Assembly: GCF_004010195.1 (NCBI RefSeq)
Contig: NC_057749.1
Coordinates: 16,622,534-16,642,533, forward strand
Direction of reading: 5' to 3'
Source of the DNA: Chiloscyllium plagiosum
Lineage: Eukaryota
Length of the DNA: 20,000 bases
Positions 1 to 11,182 of this stretch are shown one piece after another (positions within the stretch are counted from its first letter, which is position 1; every line of letters begins with the position of its first letter). The notes under the pieces are model-generated. The model had not been told where the DNA came from. It did not search any database and saw only the letters and a program-made list of their open reading frames with translations. Made by a program: the position numbers and the translations under genes.

Positions 1-1586
1 AAATTAAACTGCACTTATTTCAACGCAAGAGGCCTAACAGGGAATGTAGATGAACTCAGGGCAAAGTTAGGAACATGGGACTGGGATTTCATAACAATTC
101 CAGAAATGTGGCTCAGGACTGGCAGCTTAATGTTCCAGGATACAAATGCTACAGGAAGGATAGAAAGGGGGGGGCAAGAGAGGAGGGGGAGTGGCATTTT
201 TGATAAGGGATAGCATTACAGCTGTACTTAGGGAGGATATTCCTGGAAATACATCCAGGGAAGTTATTTGGGTGGAACTGAGAAATAAAAAAAGGATGAT
301 CACCTTATTGGGATTTTATTATAGACCTCCAAATAGTCAGAGTGAAATTGAGAAACAAGCTTGTAAGGAGATCTCAGCTATCTGTAAGAATAATAGAGTG
401 GTTATGGTAGGGGATTAAAACTTTCCAAACATTGACTGGGACTGCCATAGTGTTAAGGATTTGATGGAGAGGAATTTGTTAAGTGTGTACAAGAAATTCT
501 TTTGATTCAGTATGTGGATGTACAAAATTTGACCTACTCTTGGAAAATAAGGCATGGCAAGTGATTCAGGTGTCAGTGGGGGAGCACTTTGGGGCCAGCA
601 ACCAGAATTCTATTAGTTTTAAAATAGTGATGGAGAAGGATAGACCAGATCTAAATGTTGAAGTTCTAAATTAGAGGAAGGCTAATTTTGATGGTGTTAG
701 CCAACATTGGGGGCAAATGTCCACAGGTAAAGGGACAGCTAGAAAATGAGAAGCCTTCAAAAATGAGATAGAGAGTGCAGAGACAGTATATTCCTGTTAA
801 GGTGAAAGGCTGGTAAATGGAGGGAATGCTGGATGACTAGAGAAATTGAGGGTTTCGTTCAGAAAAAGGAGGAAGCATATGTCGGGTATAACAGGATAGA
901 TCAAGTGAATCCTTAGAAGAGTATGAAGGCAGTAGGAGTATACTTAAGAAGGAAATCAGGAAGGCAAATAGGGGACATGAGTTAGCTTTGCCACAAGGGT
1001 TAAGGAGAATCAAAAGAGTTTTTTTATAAATACATTAAGGACAAAAGGGTAATTCAGGAGAGAATAGGGCCTCTCAAAGATCAGCAAGGCAGCCTTTATG
1101 TGGAGCCGCAGGAGATGGGGGAGATACTAAATGAGTATTTTGCATCAGTGTTTACTGTGGAGAAGACATGGAAGATACAGAATAGATGGTGACATCTTGA
1201 AAAATGTCCATATTACAGAGGAAGAAGTGTTGGATTTCTTGAAATGCATAAAGGTGGATAAATCCCCTGATCAGGTGTACACTAGAACTCTGTGGGAAGC
1301 TAGGAAAGTGATTGCTGGGTCCCTTGCTAAGATATTTGTATCATCGATAGTCACAGGTGAGGTGTCGGAAGACTGGAGGTTGGCTAACTTGGTCCCACTG
1401 TTTAAGAAAGATCGTAAGGACAAGCCAGGGAACTATACACCAGTGATCCTGACGTCAGTGGTGGGCAAGTTGTTGGAGGGAATCCTGAGGGACAGGATTT
1501 ACATGTATCTGGAAAGGCAAAGACGGATTAGGTATAGTCAACATAGCTATGTGTGTGGGAAATCATGTCTCATGAACTTGATTATG

Positions 1587-1903
1587 ATTAGATTAGATTC
1601 CCTGCAGTGTGGAAACAGGCCCTTCGGCCCGACCAGTTCACACCGACCCTCCGAAGAGTAACAAACCCAGACCCATTTCCCTCTGACTGATGCACCTAAC
1701 ACTATGGGCAATTTAGCATGGCCAATTCACCTGACCTGCACATCTTTGGACTGTGGGAGGAAACCGGAGCACCCAGAGGAAACCCACGCAGACACAGGGA
1801 GAATGTGCAAACTCCACACAGACGGTCACCCAAGGCTGGAATTGAACCTGGGACCCTAGTGCTGTGAGGCAGCAGTGCTAACCACTGAGCCACCATGCCA
1901 CCC
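1587..1903 (-). mobile_element. tRNA-derived V-SINE (HE1-like), full length, inserted in the CR1 RT
   Basis: Minus strand has A box tggctcagtgg (~1882-1892), B box ggttcaattcc (1838-1848), V-domain-like core and a CR1-like 3' tail ending in (aatct)n. The CR1 frame resumes on both sides (SCLMNLI / FFKEVTK). Confidence 0.9.
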
Positions 1904-2604
1904 ATGTTTTTTAAAGAAGTAACAAAGAGGATTGATGAGGGCAGAGTGGTGGACGTAATCCATATGGACTTCAGTAAGGGATTCAACAAGGTTCCCCATG
2001 GGAAACTGGTTAGCAAGGTTAGATCTCATGGAATACAGGGAGAACTAGTCATTTGGATACAGAACTGGCTCGAAGGTAGAAGACAGAGGGTGGTGGTGGA
2101 GGGTTGTTTTTCAGACTGGAGGCCTGTGACCAGTGGAGTGCCACAAGGATTGGTGCTGGGTCCACTACTTTTCATCATTTATATAAATGATTTGGAATGT
2201 GAACGTACGAGGTATAGTTACTAAGTTTGCAGGTGACACCAAAATTGGAGGTGTAGTGGACAGCGAAGAAGGTTACCTCAGATTACAAGGGGATCTTGAT
2301 CTGATGGTCCAATGGGCTGAGGAATGGCAGATGGAGTTTAATTTAGATAAATATGTGAATTACTACATTTTGGGAAAGCAAATCTTAGCAGGACTTATGC
2401 ACTTAATGGTAAGGTCCTTGGGAATGTTGCTGAACAAAGAGACCTTGAAATGCAGGTTCATAGCTCTTTGAAAGTAGAGTCACAGGTCGATAGGATAGTG
2501 AAGAAGATAGGTAAAAACAAGGACTGCAGATGCTGGAAACCAGATTCTAGACTAGAGTAGTGCTGGAAAAGCACAGCAGTTTAGGCAGCATCCGAGGAAA
2601 GGAA

Positions 2605-2640
2605 AATCGACGTTTCGGGCAAAACCCCTTCATCAGGAAT
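2605..2640 (-). ncRNA. Minimal hammerhead ribozyme motif in PLE terminus
   Basis: Minus strand reads attc-CTGATGA-a-gggg tttt gccc-GAAA-cgtc-gatt; one stem II mismatch. Confidence 0.7.
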
Positions 2641-3580
2641 AGAGGCAGAGTGCCTGCAGGGTGGAGAGATAAATGAGAGGAGGGTGGGGTGGGGAGAAAG
2701 TAGCATAGAGTACAATAAGTGAATGGGGTAGGGATGGAGGTGATAGGTCAGAGAGGAGGGTGGAGTGGATAGGTGGGAAGGAAGATTGACAGGTAGGACA
2801 AGTCATGGGGACAGTGCTGAGCTGGAAGTTTGGAACTGGGGTGAGGTGGGAGAAGGGGAAATGAGGAAACTGGAGAAGTCCACATTGATGCCCTGGGGTT
2901 GAAGTGTTCCGAGGCGGAAGATGAGGTGTCAGGTGGTGAGGGAGCGGCGGTGAAGGAGGCCCAGGACCTCCATGTCCTCAGCAGACTGGGAAGGGGAATT
3001 GAAATGTTGAGCCACAGGGCAGTATGGTCGATTGGTGTGGGTGTCCCAGAGATCTTCCCTAAAGCGCTCTGCTAGGAGACATCCAGTCTCCCCGATGTAG
3101 AGGAGACCGCATCGGGAGCAACGGATACAATAAATGATATTGGTGGATGTGCAGGTAAAACTTTGATGGATGTGGAAGGCTCCTTTGGGGCCTTGGATGG
3201 AGGTGAGGGAGGAGGTGTGGGTGCAGGTTTTGCAATTCCTTGCAGGGGAAGGTGCCAGGATGGGAGGGTGGGTTGTAGGGGGGGCGTGGACCTGACCAGG
3301 TAGTCATGGAGAGAATAGTCTTTGCAGAAGGTGGAAAGGGGTGGGGAGGGAAATATACCCTAGTGGTGGGGTCCGTTTGGAGGTGGTGGAAATGTCGTCG
3401 GATGATTTGGTTTATGATAAGGTTGGTAGGGTGAAAGGTGAGCACCAGGGGCTTTCTGTCCTTGTTACGTTTGGAGGGGTGGGGTCTGAGGGTGGAGTTT
3501 TGGGATGTGGACGAGATGCATTGGAGGGCATCTTTAACCTCCTCTCATTTACCTCTCCACCTTGCAGACACTCTGCCTCT

Positions 3581-3616
3581 ATTCCTGATGAAGGGCTTTT
3601 GCCCGAAATGTCGATT
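3581..3616 (+). ncRNA. Minimal hammerhead ribozyme motif in inverted pLTR copy
   Basis: attc-CTGATGA-a-gggc tttt gccc-GAAA-tgtc-gatt; the ACGT palindrome is mutated to ATGT. Confidence 0.65.
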
Positions 3617-4879
3617 TTCCTGCTCCTCGGCTGCTGTGCTTTTCCAGCACACTCTAATCTAGTGAAAAGGTGTTTGGTATGTTTTCCTTTATTGGTCAGA
3701 GTATTGAGTATAGGAGTTGGGAGGTCATATTGCAGATGTACAGGATGTTGATTAGGCCACTTTGGAATATTGCATGCAATTCTGGTCTCCTTCCAATCGG
3801 AAGGATGTTGTAAAACTTGAAAGTGTTCAGAAAAGATTTACAAGGATGTTGCCAGGATTGGAGGATTTGAGCTATGGGGAGAGGTTGAATAGGCTAGGGC
3901 TGTTTTCCCTGGAGCATCAGAGGCTGAGAAAAGACCTTATAAAGGTTTATAAAATCAGGAGGGGCATGGGTGGAATAAACAGACAAGGTCTTTTCCCTGG
4001 GGTGGAAAAGTCCAGAACTAGAGGGCATAGGTTTAGGGCGAGAGGGGTAAGATATAAAAAAAACCTAAGGGGCAACGTTTTCATGCAGAGGGTGGTGCAT
4101 GTATGGAATGAGCTGCCAGAGGAATTTGTGGAGGCTGGTACAATTGCAACATTTAAAAGGCATCTGGATGGGTATATGAATAGGAAGGGTTTGGAGGGAT
4201 ATGGGCCGGGTGCTGAAAGCGGGACTAGATTATGTTGAGATATCTGGTCAGTATGGACGAGTTGGACCGAAGGGTCTGTTTCTATGCTATGCATCTCTAT
4301 GACTCTATGACCCTAAATGACTTTAGTACAGGAAACAGGCTGTGAGCAAAAGCAGACCAACCAGTGTTAATTGCGAACATTTTCAAGTGCTAATACTGTG
4401 AGTTAGTTTGCGAGTCAAGATTGCTGTGTGGGAAATCAACGGGAGCTTTGCATCAATGCACTGATGTAGCTCTGCACTTTCACTGCCCAGATTAGTGGTG
4501 GAAGGGTAAGAGAGAAGTATGGTTGTGAATATGTTTGTTGCAACTGGGGACACAATGTTGCTCCACACTTAAAGAAAGGGACAGAAGTGTATTGCAAGTA
4601 ACAAAATGGAAATGTGACTGGAGATAGCTCTTGGATGGGGCGGGGCTGGGTACAATGTGAGGATACTATTCTGTGTCTAATCTGAGATGACAGTAAATAC
4701 TTGGCATTGACTGAAGACATCAAGGTCAGGGAAACCCACAAGGTTAACATCAAGTTCATCCGTCATCCCATGGACAAAACAGACTGGACCTCAGCCATTT
4801 TTAAAATTCAGTTGGGGGTCAATTGAAGCAGTGATAAAAGTTATTCATACAAGTGGCTGTTCAGCCATAAACCATCCAA

Positions 4880-5040
4880 ACATGCAGTCAAGGGAGGGTG
4901 GAGAAGCGATCTTTGAAGTTTTAGAGACAGACAATGAGGTGAAGAGGTTTAAAGAAGTGAATTTCAGACAATTGTGCTTTCTGGTTTCAAGCTCTGTCAT
5001 TGGTGAAATGAGAGGAAAAGGCCAGAGGACATAGAGCAGA
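4880..5040 (-). mobile_element. Old L2-like LINE 3' fragment
   Basis: Minus strand gaaattcacttctttaaacctcttcacctc...ttcaaagatcgc resembles the degenerate WNSLP.PLRL...FK C-terminus of L2 ORF2. Confidence 0.35.
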
Positions 5041-5064
5041 AGCAACTGAGCTAGGCTGTTGTGT

Positions 5065-5703
5065 TGTTATGGATCAGGCCAGACTCACTCAAAACATTTC
5101 AACAAAGTAGCCAGGATCTTAACTTTGATGGTTGTTTTAAGCAGGTAAGCAGTGGATATTCCTGAAGAGATCCAGCTGGTCAAACCATTTAGTTTTAAGT
5201 AAAACTGAATTTATTTACAAGATTATTGAATGAAACACAAACAAAAGAGAACAGAATACCGAATAACAGCCTATCCAAAAACTCAACAGATCATCCCAAC
5301 TTAATGCTGTTCCCAATACTTGCAACAATCCCCATAAACACCCCTTGGCACAAAAGGTAAAATCAAACCCAGGGCCTTACAGGAGAGATGTCAGAAAGAG
5401 AGAGGACCAACATGGCCCTGCTTCTTCGGGTCCAACAGCTTCAAAGCTAAAAGAGAAAAGCTAAAGCAACCCAAACCAAACCAGACCAGAGAAAAGCAAA
5501 GCTGGGAGAACAGTCCACTCCCCTTTCATTGTACAAGTGTTTCTTTTTAAACTGGAAAGCCTTTTGCCTGAGGAAATATCTGTTAGCTATAATCAAACTG
5601 GTCCTAAAACCCTTCAACTTAGACTTTTTGAAGTCTGTGTCTTTTACGACCTCTGGAAGAAACCAAGGAAATATAACCTTGTTAAAGGAGCAGCATCTTC
5701 ACA
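5065..5703 (-). mobile_element. Probable solo LTR
   Basis: Begins TGTTA, ends TCACA (TG...CA), about 640 bp and non-coding. Flanks gtgt/gggt match 3 of 4. AATAAA on the minus strand at ~5210-5215. Confidence 0.5.
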
Positions 5704-6004
5704 GGGTTAAGAGCCACCAAATGCTTAGCTTCATCAATCATGTCCCAGGCTCAGACTCAGAATTGGTCAATGATACTGCTCATTTGTTATTCCCTTCTCA
5801 GACCAGTCTATGGTTAAACCAAGCAAACCTTAAAAATTGCACCTAGCCTTCCACCGTGGGTATTATGTAGGTTCAAGGATGCAGTGCAGGCACTGAGTGG
5901 GAGGAGGGAGTCTTGACAGCTTTGTATTGTTAGCCATAACCAGTTCCATTAACCTGAAAACCAAATCCATAAATATGAGAGATTTTCACCAATCCTCCAT
6001 GCAG

Positions 6005-6250
6005 CTAATTTTGGAGAAAAATGTTAATCACAGATTATAAGAATGTGGAACGCATTGCCACAACAACTGGTTGAGATAAATAGCTGAGTTGCTTTTAAGA
6101 AAAGTCTAGATTTTATGAAAGGGAACCACGGAATGGCAAGATATGATGATAGGATTAGAAGCAGAGTGGTGGAAAAGGTTCGTACCGAGCAAATCTACAA
6201 TTTGTTACACCAAAAGCCCTGTTTCTCTGTTGTAAAATCTATGTAGTTCT
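6005..6250 (+). mobile_element. Old CR1 3' end fragment
   Basis: agaatgtggaacgcattgcca (MWNALP), ttttaagaaaagtctagat (FKKSLD), and tail ccctgtttctctgttgtaaaatctatg. Confidence 0.6.
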
Positions 6251-7179
6251 CTGTGTGAAACTAGGCTGGTGGAATTGAATCTAACATTCACTATAAGAAG
6301 TTTACAGGCCATTTCTGTCTGTGATTTCTCTCATCCACATTTCCAGAGATTGAACGAGAAAGCTTTGCAGCAACTAGTCCTTGCTTTCTGCAGGATAACT
6401 GAGCTAGGAAACTCTCCTACTTATACCACTTGCCATCAGGTGTGCGAGTAGGACTTATACGCTGATACATCAACTTGTTTGGCCACTTTATGAATGTATC
6501 TTCAACAAATAAGTCCTAGCATAGGACTCAACCAAGAGATTCTGGTCCAGATGTAGGGGCACTACCACTGCACCAACAAATCTCCCACAAAGGTCACTTC
6601 TAATGCCAAATAAAACTGTTTCAAGTTTCAGAGGACTGCATAAGAATTTCCAGCTTCCCACTGACATCATGTACCAGGGAAATTCAATGAGCTTCTCATT
6701 CCCTAGTTCCCATATCTTGGTAAAACAGTTTAATATTCAGCATCCCAGGTAAAAGGTCAAGACTGATAGAAGAGCATGTGAAAGTTTCAAGGAAGTGTGA
6801 AGACATGTCAAATCAGAATCTAGCTGGTCAGAAAAACACAATCTTGTTGAGGAGGGAAGACTATAGAAGGTGATTTTTAAAGCTGGGATAAGTGTGCGAG
6901 TATGGGATCCCAGCAGATAATAAAGGGAAGTTGTTTTTTAAAGCAGTGATTTGGGGACACAGCAAGGAGAGATTCCAAGTCAAGTGTTGTCAAAATTCTT
7001 CAGCTGGATAATCATATTGTGAGAACAGTGATGTTGATAATGCTCAAATTCCAAACTGGACAGATGTATTGCTGAGTCTACACAACCTGTCTGAGTCCAG
7101 CAGACATTGAGTGTTTCCTTCTGGATTATACAACAAATCAATTTCCTAAATTATTGTCTTTCATTATGACACAACAGAT

Positions 7180-7230
7180 AATCTTCTGACTCAGATTCAA
7201 GGGTGTTACCAACTGAGCTAAGCTCACATG
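7180..7230 (-). mobile_element. Fragment of a tRNA-derived (Deu-type) SINE head
   Basis: ttctgactcaga...ccaactgagctaagctcac resembles the head of the element ending at ~11484 (tcaactggtcccaagctcac). Confidence 0.35.
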
Positions 7231-7599
7231 TCAGTATAATTTAATAAACTGATCAGATTTAGAAATATACTTCATCGAGGCACAATTTCCTCATTCCTGT
7301 TGAACATGCCAACATTAATAGGACTGGTATGAGCTAACAATTCTCTAGAACAACAGAAAGTTGGCAAGGCTCCCTCCTCCCACACAATGCGTGCTCTGCA
7401 CACTTGAAACTATATGATGTCCACTTCAGCTGGCTTTTTGCACCCAGGGCAATCTTCAAACACAGGAAACCTTCTTGTCTGTCCATCAAAATTATAGCCA
7501 AGCCTTACTGGTAATAGAGCAGCTTTATTTAAATCTGAGAAACCTGACAGGAAAAGTCCACAGGATATGGCAAAAGGGAGACACAGGAGATAGTGTGTG

Positions 7600-8680
7600 A
7601 GATAAAACCAGAAAATATTGGAAGTCCTCAGCAGCTCATGAAACATTTGTTGTGGGAGAAACCAAGTTAGTGTTTCAAGTTGATGACTTTTCAAATGAAG
7701 TGGGGAAAATTAGAAATATACCAGTTTTAAACCATCTTAAAACTGGAATAGTGAAGGATTGAAAAAGAACAGAAAGGACAATTTATCATAGGGTGGAAGA
7801 TAGGAAAATCAGATGACAAGAGTTGCTAGCTTAAAGCCAAAATTACTATTCATCAGATGAGAAACAGAAGATGCGCATACTGGAGCCACCCAAAAGTGAA
7901 AGGAAGAGAAAAATGAGTAATGCTGAAACAAGCAGCATAAGGAAATAAAATGAGAGTAGAATACAATGTTGAATCTAGAAGGCTGTAAAATACTGAACTG
8001 AAAGTGAAGTGTTGTTCATTGGAACATTGTAGGATGCCAAGACAGAGAGTTCAGCATGAGAGCATGGTGGAAAGTTTAAAAAAATTCATCCATGGGCTGA
8101 GGGCATCACTAGCTAGGCTAACATTTATTGCCCATCCCAGAAAGCAGTTACAGGTCAACCACATTGCTGTGGATCTGGAGTCACATGTAGGCCAGACCAG
8201 GTAAGGATGGCAGTTTCCTTCCCTAAATGATATTTGTGAACCAGATGGGTTTTTCCAACAGTGGATTCATGGTCAGCATTAGACTCTTAATTCCAGATTT
8301 TTTCATTAAATTCAAATTTTACCATCTGCTGTGGCAGGATTCGAACCTGGGTCCACAGAATATTTCCTGGGTCTCTGTATTAACAGGCCATTGCCTCCCC
8401 CTCTCCCAAGACTGCGTACTTGGGATTATGTTTGCAAACCAAATAGAGGTGTTTCACAAAGTGAGCTCTCAATCTACATTTATCTCCTGAACGTATAACA
8501 AACTGTTATGAGCAGCAAATGTGGTTACAAATGCATGGAAACCATTGCATGGTGAGGAGAGGAAGTAAAAATGAAAATGCTGCATCTCTTGTTCTTGTTC
8601 TTGCGTGGCATGGGGTGAATGGGAAAGGGAGGTGTACAGGTAACTGATGAGTGAACTTGGAATGGTAAAAGGGCACATGG
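7600..8680 (-). mobile_element. Ancient degenerate Penelope-like element, interrupted by a SINE
   Basis: 7600-7700 resembles a PLE terminus with a decayed hammerhead (minus tttgaaaagtcatcaacttgaaacactaac). Minus ~8445-8520 gives frameshifted LLYV.E / KCRLRAHFVKHL, a GIY-YIG-like remnant. Confidence 0.55.
8076..8400 (-). mobile_element. tRNA-derived SINE
   Basis: Perfect B box ggttcgaatcc on the minus strand (8337-8347). Body ggagtcacatgtaggccagaccagg and tail catttattgcccat are shared with the copy at 10406-11370. Confidence 0.85.
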
Positions 8681-10464
8681 TATTTATATTCCTAATGCAG
8701 TTTTAAAATTTAGACAAAAAGATAAAGAGTCAAAAATTAAGTTTGCTGCTCCATGACTCTAACCCCAAAAATACCATTAGAACAGTGATAAGACTTGAGA
8801 GGAAACCAAAAGCCAGAAAGGTATACACCTTTGGAAGAATGCAATCCTGATGAATTTCCTTCCATTTTGTTGCTAGTCCATTCACCAAGATTTCAGCTCA
8901 ATTTTCAGCAGAAGTAACAAGAACTAAGCACAATTGCCAAAATATTGCAGTTAAGAGTTACATAAACTTTATTGCAGGTACATAGCTTGAGGGAATAGTA
9001 TTTTCCATTGCTATGCAACAGCTTGTGTGACTCAGGAGCAGTTAGAGAGAATCTACTACTGGATACGTTAAAATTTGAGAACTCCAAAATTTAGCAAAAA
9101 TAACTGTAGCAACATGCAACACAACAGTTCTCAAAAGAGGAAGTTAGGAGTTTTGAAAGTCACAGCTTTATTAGTGATGGCCTTAGCAGTTGTTACTCGC
9201 TGTTTTTAGGTCTCGATTTGTGCTGTAAAGGTAACCATTAACTGAGCTTTGCATTGCTTGTTTTTCATGGTATTTTAGCAAAACAAGAAAGGGCATGTTA
9301 TTATTAGGAGGCAAAGTGTGACTTACTCTATTTGACAAGACAATCAGGGTATCATTATTCTGTATCAAATCTTACTTTCATCATATGAAAGTGCTGCCTT
9401 GGATATCTAAAAGACATCACACCCCTTGGATTAGGTTCAGAAGGTACATGCAGAAAACCTCCTCAAACCACTGTATACTGATCAATGCCAGGCCCCAACG
9501 AAATACTTTAACAAGGTGAAGGACATAATTTTCCAAGCATTCAGGATGGTGAGAATTATCACTTGTTTCTGGTTACCAGCAGAAATGCCAGAATGCAGAA
9601 AGCACTTTTCATCAGGGTTTTGAAAGTTAAAGGTAGCAAATTTTTCCAAAGGTTTTGAAGGCTCCTGATGTGATAAATAGTAAAAGACTATTTGAACAGT
9701 CACAAAGATTCATCATACCTAAAAAGATATTAACTGGACAAAGAATGGAATTTGGGTCATCATGAAAATTAAATGAATGCTGCCCTTTGCAGTTGTATGT
9801 TAAAGTTCAGAACACTGAACTTTATACTGTGAATTATTAACAAAAGATTCTAATAGGAGATAAACACTTTAAAAGTTAACCTGTCATTTTTACATGGAAA
9901 TATAAACAAAATACTGGTGTTTTCTTTTAATTAATCAGGTCAGCAGGTCTCCAGCTGTCTGCCTTCAGAATGATACAAAATTAAAAGGGAGTGAGTTTGG
10001 ATTATTTCCTCTGAGACATATTCTTCAAGGGAAGAAAGAGACAGAACTCACACAACACCAATATTTATGTTGCTGTAGATAGAGAGAAAAATAATTTGTA
10101 TTTATATAGGAAAACAGATGTCTCAAAGCACTTTACAAAGCAATTTGTTTTTGAAGTGCAGTCATTTACGCGGAAAGATTTGCATTAAATTCCCAAATAC
10201 AGCATTGAGAAAATGGTAGTTAATCTGTTACTTTCCTGAAGCTGCCTTGACCATCACATTGGATACTGGCTAACAGGAACAAAAGGTAGTTCTAGAGACA
10301 CATGAAATAATGTGAAATGTCCACCTGAAGAAATGGTATTTCCCCATTTCTTTCCTAAACAGAAACACAGCACTTCCAACAATACAGTACTCCCACAGTG
10401 CTGCATCTTTATTTTATTTATTCACATGTGGGATGTGAGCGTCGCTAGCTAGGCCAGCATTTAT

Positions 10465-10674
10465 GGATCAGTGGTGCTGGAAGAGCACAGCAACTCAGGC
10501 AGCATCCGAGGAGCTTCGAAATCGACGTTTCGGGCAAAAGCCCTTCATCAGGAAGGGCTTTTGCCCGAAACGTCGATTTCGAAGCTCCTCGGATGCTGCC
10601 TCAGTTGCTGTGCTCTTCCAGCACCACTGATCCAGAATCTGGTTTCCAGCATCTGCAGTCATTGTTTTTACCTT
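10465..10674. mobile_element. 210-bp palindromic non-autonomous PLE derivative with hammerhead at its centre
   Basis: Arms 10465-10546 and 10552-10633 are 81/82 complementary with a 5-nt loop. Perfect 13-bp TSD ggccagcatttat (10452-10464, 10675-10687). Sequence matches the termini of the 2507 and 19283 elements. Confidence 0.92.
10520..10553 (-). ncRNA. Minimal hammerhead ribozyme motif (intact core)
   Basis: Minus strand tc-CTGATGA-a-gggc tttt gccc-GAAA-cgtc-gatt. Confidence 0.75.
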
Positions 10675-11058
10675 GGCCAGCATTTATTGCCCATTCCTAG
10701 TTGCCCTTAAAGTGGCGGTGGTGAGCTGCCTTCCTGAACCGCTGCAGTCCACCTGCTGTGGGTTGACCCACAATGCCCTTCCTGGTCTGTGAGATAGCTC
10801 TCCCAATTTTGGCACTAGACCACAGAGGTCACTAAGTGAGACTTTGCAGGGTCAACACGGCTGTCTTTTCTGATGCCAAGTTCGATGCCGGGTGATCACT
10901 CCAGTTTCATTTCTTTGAGACTTTGTAGCGATTGGTACAACTGAGTGGCTTGCCATGCCATCTAGAGGACAATTGAGAATCAACCAGATTGCCGTGGGTT
11001 TGGAGTCACATGTAGGCCAGACCAGGCAAAGACAGCAGATTTCCTTCCCTAAAGGACA

Positions 11059-11182
11059 TTGTTGCTGCTGTTGGACTGGGATGAACAACGTCAGAAGTCA
11101 CATGACACCAGGCTTTAGTCCAACAGGTTTATTTAAAATCATAAGCTTTCAAAGCACTGCTCCTTCGTCAGGTGATTTCTGA
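11059..11182 (-). mobile_element. 124-bp solo PLE terminus (second family) carrying a hammerhead motif at 11139-11175
   Basis: TSD cctaaaggaca (11048-11058, 11183-11193). Minus strand tcac-CTGACGA-a-ggagc agt gcttt-GAAA-gctt-atga, followed by aataaa. Confidence 0.8.

Larger units (their letters stand above)
2507..3659 (-). mobile_element. Penelope-like element (Neptune-type), 5'-truncated, with GIY-YIG endonuclease remnant and inverted terminal pLTR copies
   Basis: Minus-strand translation ~3240-2930 gives CKTC...FTCTSTNIIYCIRCSRCGLLYIGETGCLLAERFRE (GIY-YIG). 2549-2680 and 3538-3661 are inverted copies. Flanked by tagtgaagaag (2496-2506) and tagtgaaaagg (3660-3670). Confidence 0.9.
1..4310 (+). 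mobile_element. CR1-clade LINE, degenerate ORF2 (APE endonuclease + reverse transcriptase) and 3' UTR; interrupted at 1587-1903 and 2507-3659
   Basis: Endonuclease motifs YFNARGL, GGGVAFLIRD, YYRPPN, VMVGD. RT motifs [54 protein letters not shown]-terminal EYCMQFWSP, WNELPEE. Ends in a CR1-type short tandem tail ctctatgactctatga at ~4295-4310. Many frameshifts and stops. Confidence 0.95.

Noticed and set aside
1838..1903. tRNA-like sequence
   Set aside because: It is a SINE head with A/B boxes that continues into a SINE body, not a tRNA gene.
1702..2016. 104-aa minus-strand ORF ([12 protein letters not shown]...)
   Set aside because: Read-through of SINE and antisense CR1 sequence; a typical spurious SINE translation.
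3059..3751. Overlapping ORFs of 74-136 aa
   Set aside because: Frameshifted or antisense readings of the PLE and CR1, not independent genes.
7410..7560. Minus-strand ORF with an acceptor-like site (RRFPVFEDCPGCKKP)
   Set aside because: No recognisable homology, short, partly overlaps repeat sequence; insufficient support as an exon.
9596..9620. CTGATGA on the minus strand followed by aaagtgcttt
   Set aside because: No GAAA after the stem and no PLE context, so not a hammerhead.
10465..10633. Possible DNA-transposon MITE or CRISPR-like repeat
   Set aside because: The arms are PLE terminus sequence also found next to GIY-YIG ORFs; there is no spacer array and no 2-9 bp DNA-transposon TSD.
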